Origin: Schmidtea nova
Taxonomy: Eukaryota
NCBI GenBank assembly: GCA_044892505.1
Contig: CM097882.1
Coordinates: forward strand, 431,086,001 to 431,150,000
Direction: 5' to 3'
Length of the DNA stretch: 64,000 bases
The notes beneath the pieces are model-generated. The model saw only the letters and a list, made by a program, of their open reading frames with translations. It searched no databases and was not told the origin of the DNA. Below are positions 25,801 to 36,200 of the stretch, in pieces; positions within the stretch are counted from its first letter, which is position 1; each line of letters starts with the position of its first letter. The position numbers and the translations under genes were made by a program.

Positions 25801-28800
25801 TATCACGGGCAAAATTATACCAATCGACTACTGTTTTGTTCGATAATTGCAACTCTTCCATTGTCAAATGATTGGGAAAACGCCGATTCCAATAATATAA
25901 CAGGAATACTAAATCGGGTAAACTGAAAAAAACCCCGATCAAATAGACTGAGTGTAGTTTTTGCATTTATAACACCGCCAACGGCAACAATCAATTCCAG
26001 CTTCGTAGTTGCTGACCGAGCAATGTTGGTGGCATGTAGGACATTGCAAGTAATTGGCCAATAATCACCACTTTGCCAAAAAACATATCGTAGCGTCAAT
26101 TGTCTGCGTTTTAATTACAAGTTGTCTCATATTCCATTTCTCACTTAAAATGGTATCCGTGTCTAATATCTCTTCTACCGTAACTAAACGAAAGCGGCTC
26201 ATCATTTGAAAGTGTGCCAGATAATGTATAAATTAAACAAATGAGTAATTTAAACAAAAACTTCAGGGGCGTTAAATTTTTAAGGGGGCGCAAAACTTCA
26301 CTAATACTCAACTATCTATCCAGTCTTGAATTTTGTTTAAAAATAATTTATAAATATCTAAATAATCTAAATAAAAAATAATTTTATTATTAAAACTTAG
26401 AAAATTTTTTACTTTCATTTTCGAATAATTCTAAAATAAAATAAATAATTTGAAATAATAAAACACAGACTTACTTTATCTAAAATTAATTTAAATTTTA
26501 TTTTTAATAGAAATATTTACTTATAATTTGCATAAATTAAATTAAACTTATAAATCAACTATAAACTATAATTTGTAATATAACTTTGAAAATTTTATTT
26601 AAACTATAATTTGCAACCTGACGGAATTATAATAAAAATAAAAAATTAATTTAATTTATGCATTTAACAAGAATAATAGTTTTTCAAAATTACCCCTTTG
26701 ATGCCATTTAGCTGTCAAATTTATTTACTCTTACCATGAATAATAGACAAAATGTCAATATTAAATTTGTTAAAATTTAAATTTTCATATTTTCAATAGG
26801 TTAACAGTTTTATCAAAAATGTTTAGTTAAATAGGATAAATTACGTATCATTCGATAGAGAAAAGTTAATTTTCCGAAAAAATTATAAGGAAAAATGTTA
26901 TATGTTGACTCTGAATATTATAATTCATTGAAAATTTTGAAATTTTCCATGATGTATAAATGACGAGAAAGAAAATGTTGTTATGAGACAGAAATAGTGG
27001 GATAATTGAATGATATGTATAATCTGAACATATATAGTTTGTTTATATTTATAGATGATCAGAATCGAGTTAAATTAAATAACAAAACATTTCCCGATGA
27101 TTATGTCAATGCAAATTATATTCCATTTATTAGTGATAAAAGGAAAATCGAGTACATAGCATCTCAAGGTCCGATTGAAGGCAGCTTGCCTCAGTTTTGG
27201 CAAATGATTTGGGAGCAAAATATCAGTTGCATTGCCATGTTGACCCAGTAGGAAATTATTTCATTTGTTGCTATATTATCTGAACCTAGAACGATGGAAG
27301 GAGACAAATTTAAATGTCTCCAATATTGGCCAGATGGAATTTGTGAAACTAAAGAATATGGAGATGGCAATAAACTGGCTGTCACCTTATTAATAGAGAA
27401 TAATTTAGAAGGCTATATAGAAAGGAAACTATCTGTAAAAAATTTGGTAAGAAAAAAATAAGAGAATATTTTATCAAACTTTGATCTTAACATTCAGGAG
27501 AATGAAAAAGAAAGGATTATAATACACCTCCATATGAATACGTGGAGTGATTTTTCGGCACCAAATATAGAATATTTTGATAAATATTTATTTCGATTTC
27601 AAGAGGTCTTATTCACGGGGAACTATCCATATCTAGTTCATTGCAGGTATAGCTAAACGCATATCCTACTGAATACTAACAAAATCTTTAATCTTTTTAA
27701 CCTATTAATATTTTATTTTTCATATTTTTTAATTATGTTGTTTAAAAGTTGAAATAATAATTTTCTTTTCATAATTTGCTTGGTATTTATCAAACATTTA
27801 CCAAAATCTAAGTAGCCTTACCCTTTACAGTTACTTACCTTGAAAATGATCAAATATGATCATTTAACGCTTTTAGAAAGAATATTTTAACCACATTTTA
27901 ATCACGATGTGTGATAATATTTGTATGTGAAAAAAAGCTTAATTTATTACATAATTTTAAGAATTAATTAATTAAATCAAATATTTTAATAGTTCTTGAA
28001 CATGGTCGACTGAAGGGTGTGTAACATCAAGATTGGCATGTCTGATTTTTAAATTTTTATCAAAAATGTCTTAATAATCAGTATGAACGCATTATAATAT
28101 GATGCGCTGTTGACAAGAGCTTTAAATCCAAAAATTATTGTGCAGCATGCGTGAACACATGCATTCTGAATGTTGTTAAATAGTTTGGATATCAATATGG
28201 GTATGTTGTGTTGATTAAATTGAATGATGAAATTGGTTTTGTAAAATTAAATAAATAATTTTTTCTAAATATTTTAAAAATATATTTAAAAGTTTGTTAA
28301 TCATTTTTAAATTAATTGCTGGATTAATTTTTAATAAATTAAAATTATATTTTGAAATAATATTTAAAATTTTAAACTTTAATTTATTATATTTTAAAAT
28401 TTGTTTAAATAAATTGAATTTAACAGATTTTTTCTCTGGATACCTGAAGATGACAAGGAGTCTGTCTAAATATATAGTAAGGATGTTTGATAAAAGGTGT
28501 CTTCCATTAAATAAACTTTGGGCATCCAAATAGGATAACTAAGGTTTTAGTAATTCCATTGCTTATATATGATCTGATATTATACTATTGAACCACAAAT
28601 GTTTCTCAAACGAAAAAAATAAACTTCAATATTATTTTTCCCAAACATTTACCAACCGATGATCCTTGACCAATAAACATAACATTGTACTTGGCGCAGA
28701 TAATATTACATAATATCATATTTTAATTGTGTGATCACATTTTCAATCACGTTAACATTTTTTTAGTGACAATCATATAAAGTTAATATTTATTTAATAT

Positions 28801-30055
28801 TTGATTAATTAATTAATTTTCTTTGAGTTTTGTTTAATTCTTGTTTTATAAAAGATTTTAAAAATTATAAAAAAAATTTTCTGCTTTCGGAATAAATTTT
28901 CACCTAAAACATAAATTTCTCACAAAACTGGTAAATTTACAAGTAAAGGGTATCAACTCTCACACAACACATTAAATCCTTACACTTCAAAAGTCTAAAT
29001 TTTCAAACTCAAGTAAAAATCTTCGTTCAATAACATACATAAGACAGTCAAATCTCTGATTTACCAAATGTAAAACGATAAATTTAAAAAGTAAAAAGAC
29101 TCGACTCTCACTTAAAACGATAAAGTATCTAAAAGCCTATCCCTACCATGGCAGACAAAAGAACTTTTAATTCACAGTTTTTACCTCAAGAAAGAACGAA
29201 ATAATAATTCAAATTCAACTTTAAAATTTACACATCACAAAATATTATTGAAACAANNNNNNNNNNNNNNNNNNNNNNNNNNNNNNNNNNNNNNNNNNNN
29301 NNNNNNNNNNNNNNNNNNNNNNNNNNNNNNNNNNNNNNNNNNNNNNNNNNNNNNNNNNNNNNNNNNNNNNNNNNNNNNNNNNNNNNNNNNNNNNNNNNNN
29401 NNNNNNNNNNNNNNNTTTTTAATTTAATTAATTTTTAAATAATTAAAATAGGTTTTTAGTTTAAAACCTCACACGCCACATATAGCATTATGTAACTTTT
29501 ATAATTACTGTAACCTTTCAAAAATTAGGAGGGAGTTTGTTTATAATTATTACTTAATTTATACAGTTTAGTTCATTTGGAGCCTGTGCTCGAGTCCCCA
29601 CTTCTCCCTACTGAGAGATTTTAATTATTAATTACAATAAAATTTGACAAGGAATATTAATACATAATATATATATATATATATTATCTTTACATTGAAA
29701 TTATTTGATGATAATAAAATGAATTACCTGTTTCAATCATTAAATTGTAACAACCAACCAAATAGTGCCGGAGTCGGGAGAACAGGAACTCTTATTTGTA
29801 TAGATCGTTTAGTGAAACAATTAGCGGACGACTGTCAAGAGATAAACATTTATCAAACCCTTCTGAAACTTCGGCAATATCGCAATTTGTTGGTCCAAAG
29901 ATCTGCTCAATATATATTCATCCATGAATATCTCGACAACTTCATTGCAAAATATTTGAGAATCGAAGAACTTGGCGGTAAAGTTTCTTTTAATTTCCTT
30001 ATTATGTCTCACAAGTGATAACTATTTAGAGGCATTATATTTCAATGAAGAATAA
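426..30055 (+). CDS. Multi-exon receptor-type protein tyrosine phosphatase (R3-like: FN3 repeats + kringle, single TM, single PTP domain); 5' end not resolved
   Basis: Manual splicing joins FN3-like exons (~450-2082, 7922-8870, ~10001-10644), a kringle exon (7645-7878), a TM exon (14118-14205) and PTP exons 23490-23598, 27055-27247, 27290-27446, 27498-27646, 29766-29977, 30030-30055. Junction phases in the PTP part are consistent (KNRFVNILP-Y-DQNRVKL; MLT-Q-TMEGDKFKCLQYWP; VHC-S-AGVGRTG). One juxtamembrane exon between 14327 and 23168 and exons hidden in N gaps were not located. Confidence 0.85.
555..1612 (+). CDS. RPTP ectodomain exons, fibronectin type III-like repeats
   Basis: FN3-like patterns (GPVTNISA...ISLSWQLP...GYYV; L...LPAFTRFNIDITP; FSRPAQPNGIIVKYRI; LKCRSYVVGVNPVN) linked by short introns 1015-1061 and 1208-1258. 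Confidence 0.7.
3651..3845 (+). mobile_element. Truncated copy of the purine-rich solo-LTR family
   Basis: Starts TGTTGAG; shares caaaataaaagaaatc(a/g)aacaataaaa with the copy at ~52560; no 3' end seen. Confidence 0.45.
3900..4770 (+). pseudogene. Degenerate Polinton/Maverick (adintovirus-type) major capsid protein, C-terminal part
   Basis: Frameshifted translation QLDFMDQPKYLLPGVNFHIRLKRSD...HRVRVEPSVLSGH...NAIY...YNGSH...FKHFN...CGIS...FIFVLAP...GNLKLYIKFAKAI...VHVIIYIE fits the Maverick MCP (F54H12.2-like) pattern as I recall it; no HMM was run. Confidence 0.7.
4820..5230 (+). pseudogene. Degenerate Polinton adenain-like cysteine protease
   Basis: FIGVFTHDKI...AIVVNT*SSTLSGEHWI...YSFDP...QHP...YGQHC, immediately downstream of the MCP remnant in the usual gene order. 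Confidence 0.65.
5257..5637 (+). CDS. Small ORF in the Polinton remnant, probable accessory gene
   Basis: 126-aa ORF directly after the protease remnant on the same strand; no recognisable domain. Confidence 0.3.
   Translation: MTCYFIDIVIDYSENVGGTIIKKLSIMIVNNNFRRKYWIYNDVPFYTGIGEPGQLELYEEDYHFCPSCTFKEIEDFGVTDKYKLTVLKKYFPNLRLIKYNVKEIEDFPTIFHVHIMIIQTMIIKAV
7645..7878 (+). CDS. Kringle-domain exon of the RPTP
   Basis: Translation DCFTDCHRPGSPYSGIVSTTTAGKICHPWKH...SNICSSVDNSHAWCPSNSVDKPWDLCDVTLC matches the kringle pattern (Y-x-G...T..G..C..W...N.C...WC...W..C...C). Bounded by AG/GT, with phase-1 joining to the FN3 exon at 7922. Confidence 0.8.
7922..10644 (+). CDS. RPTP ectodomain exons, further FN3 repeats (contains introns and a gap)
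   Basis: SLTIHWSNPTYPQKVIGY; PQKIQVKSLSLTTIQLTW...NGPANYYNI...NLKMCTEYCFVLSSGNGAGWS; LVNLSRNLIYSVKIQAEN; VHISWG...NGSIFEFIL. Confidence 0.75.
11415..11457 (+). ncRNA. Hammerhead ribozyme variant in tandem unit 1
   Basis: Core UUGAUAA-A-GGC UGU GCU-GAAAUAUU; stem II keeps pairing through a G-U; stem I imperfect. Confidence 0.55.
12209..12250 (+). ncRNA. Hammerhead ribozyme variant in tandem unit 2
   Basis: cccttgataaaggctgtgccgaaatattgtggtatt; intact core, stem I imperfect. Confidence 0.6.
12360..13735 (-). mobile_element. 5'-truncated Penelope-like retroelement (RT C-terminal part + GIY-YIG endonuclease) with 3' pseudo-LTR
   Basis: ORF 12585-13637: (G)LAMGNNLSP...RYIDD...IPFLD RT motifs, then NIVYKLSCQKCDATYIGETHRTFRTRLNEH (GIY-YIG). 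Truncated within RT and joined to an inverted pLTR at ~13736, a typical PLE layout. Confidence 0.93.
12449..12490 (-). ncRNA. Hammerhead ribozyme variant in the 3' pLTR of the PLE
   Basis: Same sequence as the reference copy; on the ORF sense strand ~95 nt downstream of the PLE stop codon. Confidence 0.75.
13737..13775 (+). ncRNA. Hammerhead ribozyme variant, inverted pLTR copy
   Basis: acacttgataaaggctgtgccgaaatattgtgttatt. Confidence 0.7.
13856..13897 (+). ncRNA. Minimal type I hammerhead ribozyme variant (reference copy)
   Basis: Stem I ACAC(13861-64)/GUGU(13890-93), extended by AAUA/UAUU; core UUGAUAA (13865-71); extra A; stem II GGC-UGU-GCC; GAAA; palindromic AUAU; predicted cleavage after AUU at 13889. 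Activity not tested. Confidence 0.75.
14118..14205 (+). CDS. Transmembrane exon of the RPTP
   Basis: DKTVWYVLICSTAVLMIFVTILILIRNHR: hydrophobic helix followed by basic stop-transfer residues. Followed by a 48-bp GT-AG intron and exon 14254-14327. Confidence 0.75.
14805..18008 (-). pseudogene. pol: Pol (protease, RT, RNase H, integrase) broken by stops and frameshifts
   Basis: LLDTGA (protease); WNTPLVCV, RICLDFRGLN, MPFG, YLDD (RT); LDTDAS...ELLAI (RNase H); H-H-C-C, VDFCGP, HTDRG, EQIER and YEGP (integrase). Confidence 0.95.
18120..19057 (-). pseudogene. gag: Gag with two CCHC zinc knuckles, interrupted by an in-frame TGA
   Basis: MATTLLANFVKPPDTFD...; reading through TGA at 18290-92 gives CWACTEMGHRRAEC and CSKCHKQGHFRHQC. 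Confidence 0.85.
19676..19830 (+). pseudogene. Merlin/ISXO2-like transposase fragment
   Basis: MIPESAIESDQ*STYNQLQTLGF...TINH*YGFTDPLTNASTN resembles the IS1595/Merlin SD...VNH...FVDP...HTN block. Confidence 0.55.
20896..21709 (+). mobile_element. Solo LTR, family B
   Basis: TGTAGGG...CCCAACA flanked by 4-bp TSD TAAT; shares gggaaacccgag repeats, gtaccagaa and ggagtcaga blocks with the other copies. Confidence 0.8.
21990..22495 (-). pseudogene. Mariner (DD34D) transposase remnant
   Basis: WLDKDEAP...KIMVSVWWS...PGKSITAETYCTQL...CHPPYSPDLAPTDYHFF...GINKLPLRWQNC across frameshifts. Confidence 0.88.
22697..22927. mobile_element. piggyBac-type MITE (231 bp)
   Basis: TIR CCCTTTCGC(A/C)CC at both ends, flanked by TTAA (22693-96, 22928-31). 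Confidence 0.8.
23168..30055 (+). CDS. PTP catalytic-domain exons
   Basis: Motifs KNRF, DYVNAN, YIASQGP, FWQMIWEQ, KCLQYWP, WSD (WPD loop), HCSAGVGRTG and VQRSAQYIFIH (Q loop) occur in order across exons. Confidence 0.93.
23921..24230. mobile_element. Head-to-head PLE pLTR palindrome with two hammerhead motifs (23981-24017 -, 24025-24060 +)
   Basis: Inverted arms around gtgtgtatgtaatatacac; the + copy has a damaged stem II (GGA/GCU); continues into the pLTR leader (gtgattccttggt). Confidence 0.75.
25140..26308 (-). mobile_element. Merlin (IS1595/ISXO2-like) DNA transposon, frameshifted transposase
   Basis: TIR GTATTAGTGAAGTTT(A/T)GCGCCCCCT at 25141-25166 and 26283-26307; 8-bp TSD CAACTATC (25132-39, 26309-16); VEIDETVLRKRKYNRG...WLFGG...ISD...HTQSIECAW...HLNEFMWR. 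Confidence 0.93.
27985..28140 (+). mobile_element. Fragment of a second PLE family (GIY-YIG 3' end)
   Basis: gttcttgaacatggtcga...agattggcat(g/a)tctgatttt...ttatcaaaaa is shared with 39360-39470. Confidence 0.45.
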
Positions 30056-30622
30056 GATTTCCCCACCAACAACGAGATAATATTATAAACAATGATTATA
30101 TTTAATTAAATAACTTTGACTTGTGATTTTATAATTATAAATATTTTGTTTATAATAATGCTTATGATTTAAACTTTTATTTATTATGTTATTTTAAAAA
30201 ATAATATTTTTTAATTCTATGAAATTGTTTATTAAGTCTGCAAAGCAGTTTTGCATCCATAATTAATATGTATACTTAGGAATTTTGCAGGGTTTGCCGA
30301 GTCTCCTCTACCATTTGCACCAGATAGCCGTAGTGCTAGTATTAAAAGAAAATATAAAATACATTTTTGAATTACACAAACTTCTTCCCACCTCGGAAAT
30401 CCTTTTGTGTTGGCAAGTAATTGATGTTGCACCAAACTGCTGGTTAACCTTTTCTATCAAAAATACTCATTTATTGTCATTTTCTTTATAATTTAGCATT
30501 ATTTCTAATATTTCTTCTAAACCTTATTATTAATTATTAATTATTATTTCATTGCATTCCTTTTCTTGTCATATTTATTATTGAATTCTTTTGAAATATT
30601 TCATCTCCTGTCTCTTTCCTAT

Positions 30623-31619
30623 TGTTAAGGATACCTAAATTAGAAATAATATAATAAATAAACAAAATTATTTTAGGGAAAATCGTCATGGGGAATGACA
30701 CGATTGATAGGAGCTTGGCAAAGAAAACGGAAATAAAAAGGAATGAGAAATGAGGAAGGGAAACAAAAGAAAAGAAATCAGAGAAGGAAATTGAAATAGA
30801 GGCCAGCACTAATTAATTAGTGCAAACAGAAAAAAATTCTAAAGTTGGGAAAAACAAAAAAGCAACAACAAGAATTTTATCTCGATAACCGGTCAGAGAT
30901 AACGTGGGCAAAAATCAAACAAGCCTGAGCGGCAAAAAGGAAACAGAGTTTATTTTGACGGCTGTCAGAGATAACTCCGTTGCTGAGAAAATGAATGGGA
31001 AATTATGTTGGAAAAAAATGGAATAACAAGTGATAATATTAAGTGCCACAAAGTGAAGAGATATAAAAGGAGAAACACAGCGGAAGCGATCAGAAGTTTA
31101 GACAGAAGTTTCAGAGAAATTTAGAGGAAGTTTTAACAGAATTAGAGAGAGAAGTTTAGAGAGCAGAACATAATAATCAGAAATTTTGGGAGAAGATTGA
31201 AGAAAATACAGAGGAAATTATTGGAGAAATTGAAAGATTGCGTGAAGCCAGAGGAAACTGAAAGAGAAGATTTAGAGAATAATACGAAGAAAATACGACG
31301 AAATATTATCTCAGAAATAAAGGACGTGACAGAAAATTGAGTGAAACCCGTTATCATCGATTAATAATAGAGTAAAACTCAACCAGTAAATCCAAGTCAA
31401 ATATAGAAGACAACCAGCTGAATGACCAATTGGTATACCTCTCAGTGGCGAGTGATCGTTCGAGCCAAGATTATATATTTAGTGTTAAAGACAATATTTT
31501 GTAATATTCAATAAAGTTTCCAGTGTTAATTGTTATTGGGGTCAATTAAAGGCACGCTTTGGAGTCAGATATTTGATTGGTAACTTTTACCATTTCACCA
31601 ACAACTCCAGTACCCAACA
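30623..31619 (+). mobile_element. Solo LTR, family B (TSD not preserved)
   Basis: TGTTAAGGATACCTAAA...ggagtcaga...CCCAACA; start and end blocks match the copy at 52414-53421. Confidence 0.65.
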
Positions 31620-32149
31620 ATTTTTTCCCTCGTTAGTTTCTTCTATTCCCTTATAGCAAAATTTGGCAAGATACGGCCCGAGAGACCTTCTAAATATATT
31701 TTAAAAATGTGCATAAATTTATAACAAAAATTATTTTTCACTCATTTTATTCTTTAAATGTTTGCAATGTGTTCTACTCTGCCATTTTGCTCAAGTCAAA
31801 TTTATTTTATATGCTTCGAATGTTTGTTGTTTAAAAGATACTCCGTGTTTCATATATCGCTCGGTTTCCCAATTATCTCGAGTTTTCCATTAGGTAATTA
31901 ACTTTTTTAATTAGTTTGTGTTTTCTTAATATTTCTTTCTGGGCGTTTTTTTAACTTTATATAACTATATTTGAATTCGTCTCATCATTTGACATCCGCC
32001 CATGCCAGTTTTTTGAATTCATTTTTGAATTTTTGTAAATTTTAATTAATGTTTATACTTTACTTATTATTTTTCAAATTTTTGTATTTTTATTGATTTG
32101 CACATAGTTTTTGTATTTTTTATTTCATGCTTGTTTAACACAACCCAAC

Positions 32150-32600
32150 ACTTGTAATAATGTGGGTTTCATCAGAGAAGTTAATGATCTTGTGACAACC
32201 CTGGATACTGTTCATCCTAAAGTATCATTCCATCGCATCATTCGCATAGAAAGTCTGTATAAATCTGTATTTGATTTCAAACACGTTGTTGACCTTGTCA
32301 GCATTATGAAAATAATTAGAGGCCGGGGTTAAATGCATTGGCAATATAAATAATTTCTTGAAGATTTGAAATCTTAACTTTCTGATGTACTTTCATACAA
32401 ATATACATTGGTCTAAGTCTCGGAAAAGTTTTTAATTTTAATGTGGAATCTTAAGGATGAGTACGAATGTTGTTTCTGGAAATAAATAATAACAGTAGAG
32501 TTGACAACTCAGATGAAAAATTCAGAATTGCTGTCAGAATTTGCATTCACAGTTATAAATCTTAATAGAATGAATGTGAAGCTTCAAATATTTTTTGCAC
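32150..32600 (+). pseudogene. hAT transposase remnant (GTF2IRD2/SPIN-like)
   Basis: VSFHRIIRIESL...HVVDLVS..IIRGRG*MHWQY...FLED resembles the HCIIHQE...IRARGLNHRQF block. Confidence 0.6.
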
Positions 32601-32910
32601 ATGAACCTTTATCAAAACTCATTTTGACTTTTACCTATTTCTTAATATNNNNNNNNNNNNNNNNNNNNNNNNNNNNNNNNNNNNNNNNNNNNNNNNNNNN
32701 NNNNNNNNNNNNNNNNNNNNNNNNNNNNNNNNNNNNNNNNNNNNNNNNNNNNNNNNNNNNNNNNNNNNNNNNNNNNNNNNNNNNNNNNNNNNNNNNNNNN
32801 NNNNNNNNNNNNNNNNNNNNNNNNNNNNNNNNNNNNNNNNNNNNNNNNNNNNNNNNNNNNNNNNNNNNNNNNNNNNNNNNNNNNNNNNNNNNNNNNNNNN
32901 NNNNNNNNNN

Positions 32911-33055
32911 CTATGCCGAAATATTGTGTTATTGTTTATAAAAAAAAATTTTTGATTTATAGTCATTATGAGAATTATTGATAATAATAATAAAAAAAGA
33001 TCAAAGGTGAAAAAAGATAATTATGATGATAATAATAATAATAATAATTATTATT

Positions 33056-33085
<30 letters not shown>
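32911..33085 (+). mobile_element. PLE pLTR fragment ending in (AAT)n
   Basis: gccgaaatattgtgttattg...gatcaaaggtgaaaaaagataattatga followed by (AAT)n; starts at a gap edge. Confidence 0.75.
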
Positions 33086-33086
<1 letters not shown>

Positions 33087-33125
33087 TAAAATAAAATAAC
33101 ATAAAAATAAAAAATTATTGTTTAA

Positions 33126-34000
33126 CACTAGAAGCACGGAAATTACAATGTACCTATAAGAACGGATGTGTCAGTTCTGACACAATCTCTTTTTATTAGA
33201 TATGGCTGCGTTTAAGACAATGTGTGTTTTAGTCAAAGGTCATGTTAATTAAAATTTATGTTAAGTGAAAAACTGAGAGTTTTCATCTCTTGTAGCCTTC
33301 TGTTACAAAAGAAAACAATCATATATTGACAGCATAGATAATAACCAGTATTACAAAACAAATAATAGTTGCGTATGGGACGATGAACACGAAGCACATA
33401 TAGTGTAAACATACTTTTGTCCATTGTTATGGTTTCCACAAACACTCTTATTACACTTCATACATAGCAAAAGAGTCAAGTTAGAACATTGTAAAACTAA
33501 ACAATGATATCTTTTCGTACATTGGGAACAATAAAATGAGTGTGCAGTTGCAATGAAGTTTGTGAGCAAAGATGTTTTACAATCGACATTTGAAAATCAC
33601 GCCTTTGAAATTCGGCTCTTATTCACCGATTTATAAATGATTCAAGAATTGAGCAAACATATCGAGCACATTACAAAATATACACCCAGGCCATCTTTGA
33701 GTTTGACACCTCATGCGATAAAGGCGCACCATTTGGTCAACAAAATCCACTCCACATTTTGTGGAATTATAGAAATTAATAATGTTGGATTTCTTCTTGC
33801 TTGAGTCGTATATTGACACAGTATCATGCGTAGAACTGAGGAGGGACACCACTTTATTTTTCTAGCATTTATAGACTGTTAAAATAGTTTTATTTTCAGA
33901 AATGAAGAAGCTGGTATCAAATAACGCTTTACCCTTCATGAGCGACTCCACGTCATGCAACTATGAAAAAATCTTAATCTTGTAAAATAGTATATCTTTT
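33126..34000 (-). pseudogene. piggyBac transposon 3' remnant
   Basis: TTAA followed by CACTAGAAGCACGG terminus at 33122-33139; VSLLSSTH...IINFYNSTKCGVDFVDQM...RWP; Cys-rich C-terminal CSQC...CMKCNKSVCGNH. No matching 5' TIR found. Confidence 0.8.
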
Positions 34001-34975
34001 TGTAACTCATTTCTTATTACAGATCTTTACTTACTTGCAGCTGTAAGTAGGCCTTTTTCAGTTCAAGCATTAATAACTATTCTCCTATTTTTCTTCATTT
34101 TTTCCGGCTCTCATCACGCACATCAATATCGCCTGTGTGACTCTTAAATACTCATTGAGTTGTCTAAACTCAAGAACAGGTTGGACAGGTTGGACATTTG
34201 CTATTTTGTATTGCAGTTAGGAGAGGCACAACAGTTTACATTGGTAAGAGTCAACCAACCTTCCATTATCAATCATTCCACTCCAGCTTCATACTCTTGG
34301 CAGACTTCAGGCTTAAATGCGCATTCAGCACTTTTTTCAGTAAGACGTAAATTTCTCTTTCCATTTCCAGATACTGTCTACTTGTCTCAGTCAGAGTTCG
34401 CTACAAAATCTTCGTTATATATTTGACTTGCTCTTGAATTAACACTGGCTTGGATACTCGGGGGCTTTTATCAAACAATACTTCTTAATTGGCAATCGAA
34501 AAGCCTTCAAGACATCCGATTGCACCGAGTTCTAAAAAAGCATCCAGGCCAGCTACAACATCTTTCATTATTCGTCAATTAATTATAAAATTTGTTCCTT
34601 GAACAGATATATTGCGCTGACTTTCCCCTTTATATCGGACTCTTATGCCATTCCCTTCTACAGCATTTCTGACTTTACTTATACTTTTAGCAAATATCCT
34701 AGCAACTATCGTTATAGTCACGCGAACGACTTTCAATTCACTTTGAGATTAACAAGCACTCGTGCCATCTCCGAAATCAATAAGAAACCGCTGGCGCTCT
34801 AATTTTTCTCCTGACATTTCCCTTTCAATTTGACGGGCATCATCTAGACAGGTGGCAGCTACTGGTATGTAGCCACGAGCTCTAGCCCACGCTATTATGG
34901 ATGATAAAATTGGTAAACCTCGAGCTTAAATTTACTTCTCATCTGTGGGGAATAGTTTTTTCCTAATGATAATAG

Positions 34976-35801
34976 TGTTGGGGTAGTTAAAAGTTACAGA
35001 AAATACATATTAAATAGCACAAATCAATAAAAATACGAAAATTGGAAAAATAATAATTAATGTGAAAACATTAATTAAAAATTTATAAAAAATCAAAATA
35101 AAGTTTGAGCGTTGGAAACTGGTATGGGAGAATGCCAAATGATGAGACAAATTCGAATATGGGTATATAAAAATAAAAAGGGGTCCCCAGAAAGAAATAT
35201 TTAGAAAATACAAATTAATTAAAACAATTAATTACTCTATAGGAAACCCGAGCTAATGAGAAACCCAAGCTAGTAGGAAACCCAAGCGATGTGGGAAACC
35301 CGAGTGATGTGGGAAACCCGGGGCATCAACAAAACGATTAATTAAAATAAATGGAATAATTGAAGGGTTCCATGGGGAAAGAAGCCGCAAACCCACTTAG
35401 AGTCAACTCCCAATTAATTTTGTAGATCACAGATCCATTAAGATGTGACAGAAACAATCAAAAAATCACTTTAAAAGGCAATTCAAAATTTCAGCACGCA
35501 CCAGTTGGTCGAAGAAAAATCTAAAAGAGTTAAACGAGGAAGTTGCAAGTGGAAAAGGAAGCGGGAACAGTAATAAGTTATAAAGTATCGATCGTTCAAT
35601 TTCCTACGTACCAGAAAGGGAGATATCCCATTGGGTGTTCTACCCTCACGCAGAAGAGTGCAGATAACATTGGAACTTTCTGTGATTTATATTGTTGTGG
35701 TATTGTTGAAAATAAAGTTTACTGTGTTGAGTCTAATTTGTTTTGTGAACGAAAGAACACCAGAGTCAGATACCAACTGACTTCTCATTAATAACCCAAC
35801 A
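34976..35801 (+). mobile_element. Solo LTR, family B
   Basis: TGTTGGGG...CCCAACA with TSD ATAG; five tandem ggaaaccc(g/a) units at ~35240-35322. Confidence 0.85.
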
Positions 35802-35809
35802 ATAGTCAT

Positions 35810-36200
35810 CAAAATACATTGAATTTTCTTGCATTCCTAGAGTCATTTATGCTTTTGAGGGTCACTCAAGTCATTTGGAATCCATTTGACTTGGACACTA
35901 TTTTCTTGAAATTATTGAGTCAGAATACGTGATCATAGAAAGGCTGGTGAGGCTCAAAGAATTGACAGACACAATAAGATCTCAAATGGTTTCCAAATTT
36001 TCTCGAGTTCTTGAAGTTTGTGGTCTTCCAGAACCGTTCAAATCAATCAGATTTACATTATTGAACATTTTTCACGACTTGTTGCAGTTTTCTTACAATA
36101 ATTATGTTTTTTCACTCATTTTCGATAAGACGGACACTCAAAATTATTCTTTATACAAGTGATGATGAAAATACTCTTTTCAGAAAATGTACTTTGCACA
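35810..36200 (-). pseudogene. Mariner N-terminal remnant, same family as 56600-57620
   Basis: SGRPQTSRTRENLETI; nucleotide similarity (tctgtcaattctttgagcctcaccagcc) to ~56900. Confidence 0.55.

Noticed and set aside
28095-28145. Possible second hammerhead (TTGACAA...AAAA...) after the GIY-YIG remnant
   Set aside because: A core-like UUGACAA is present, but stem II, GAAA and stem I cannot be formed convincingly; at most a decayed relic.
28215-28533. Two opposite-strand ~80-100 aa ORFs
   Set aside because: Low-complexity AT-rich intron sequence with no motifs.
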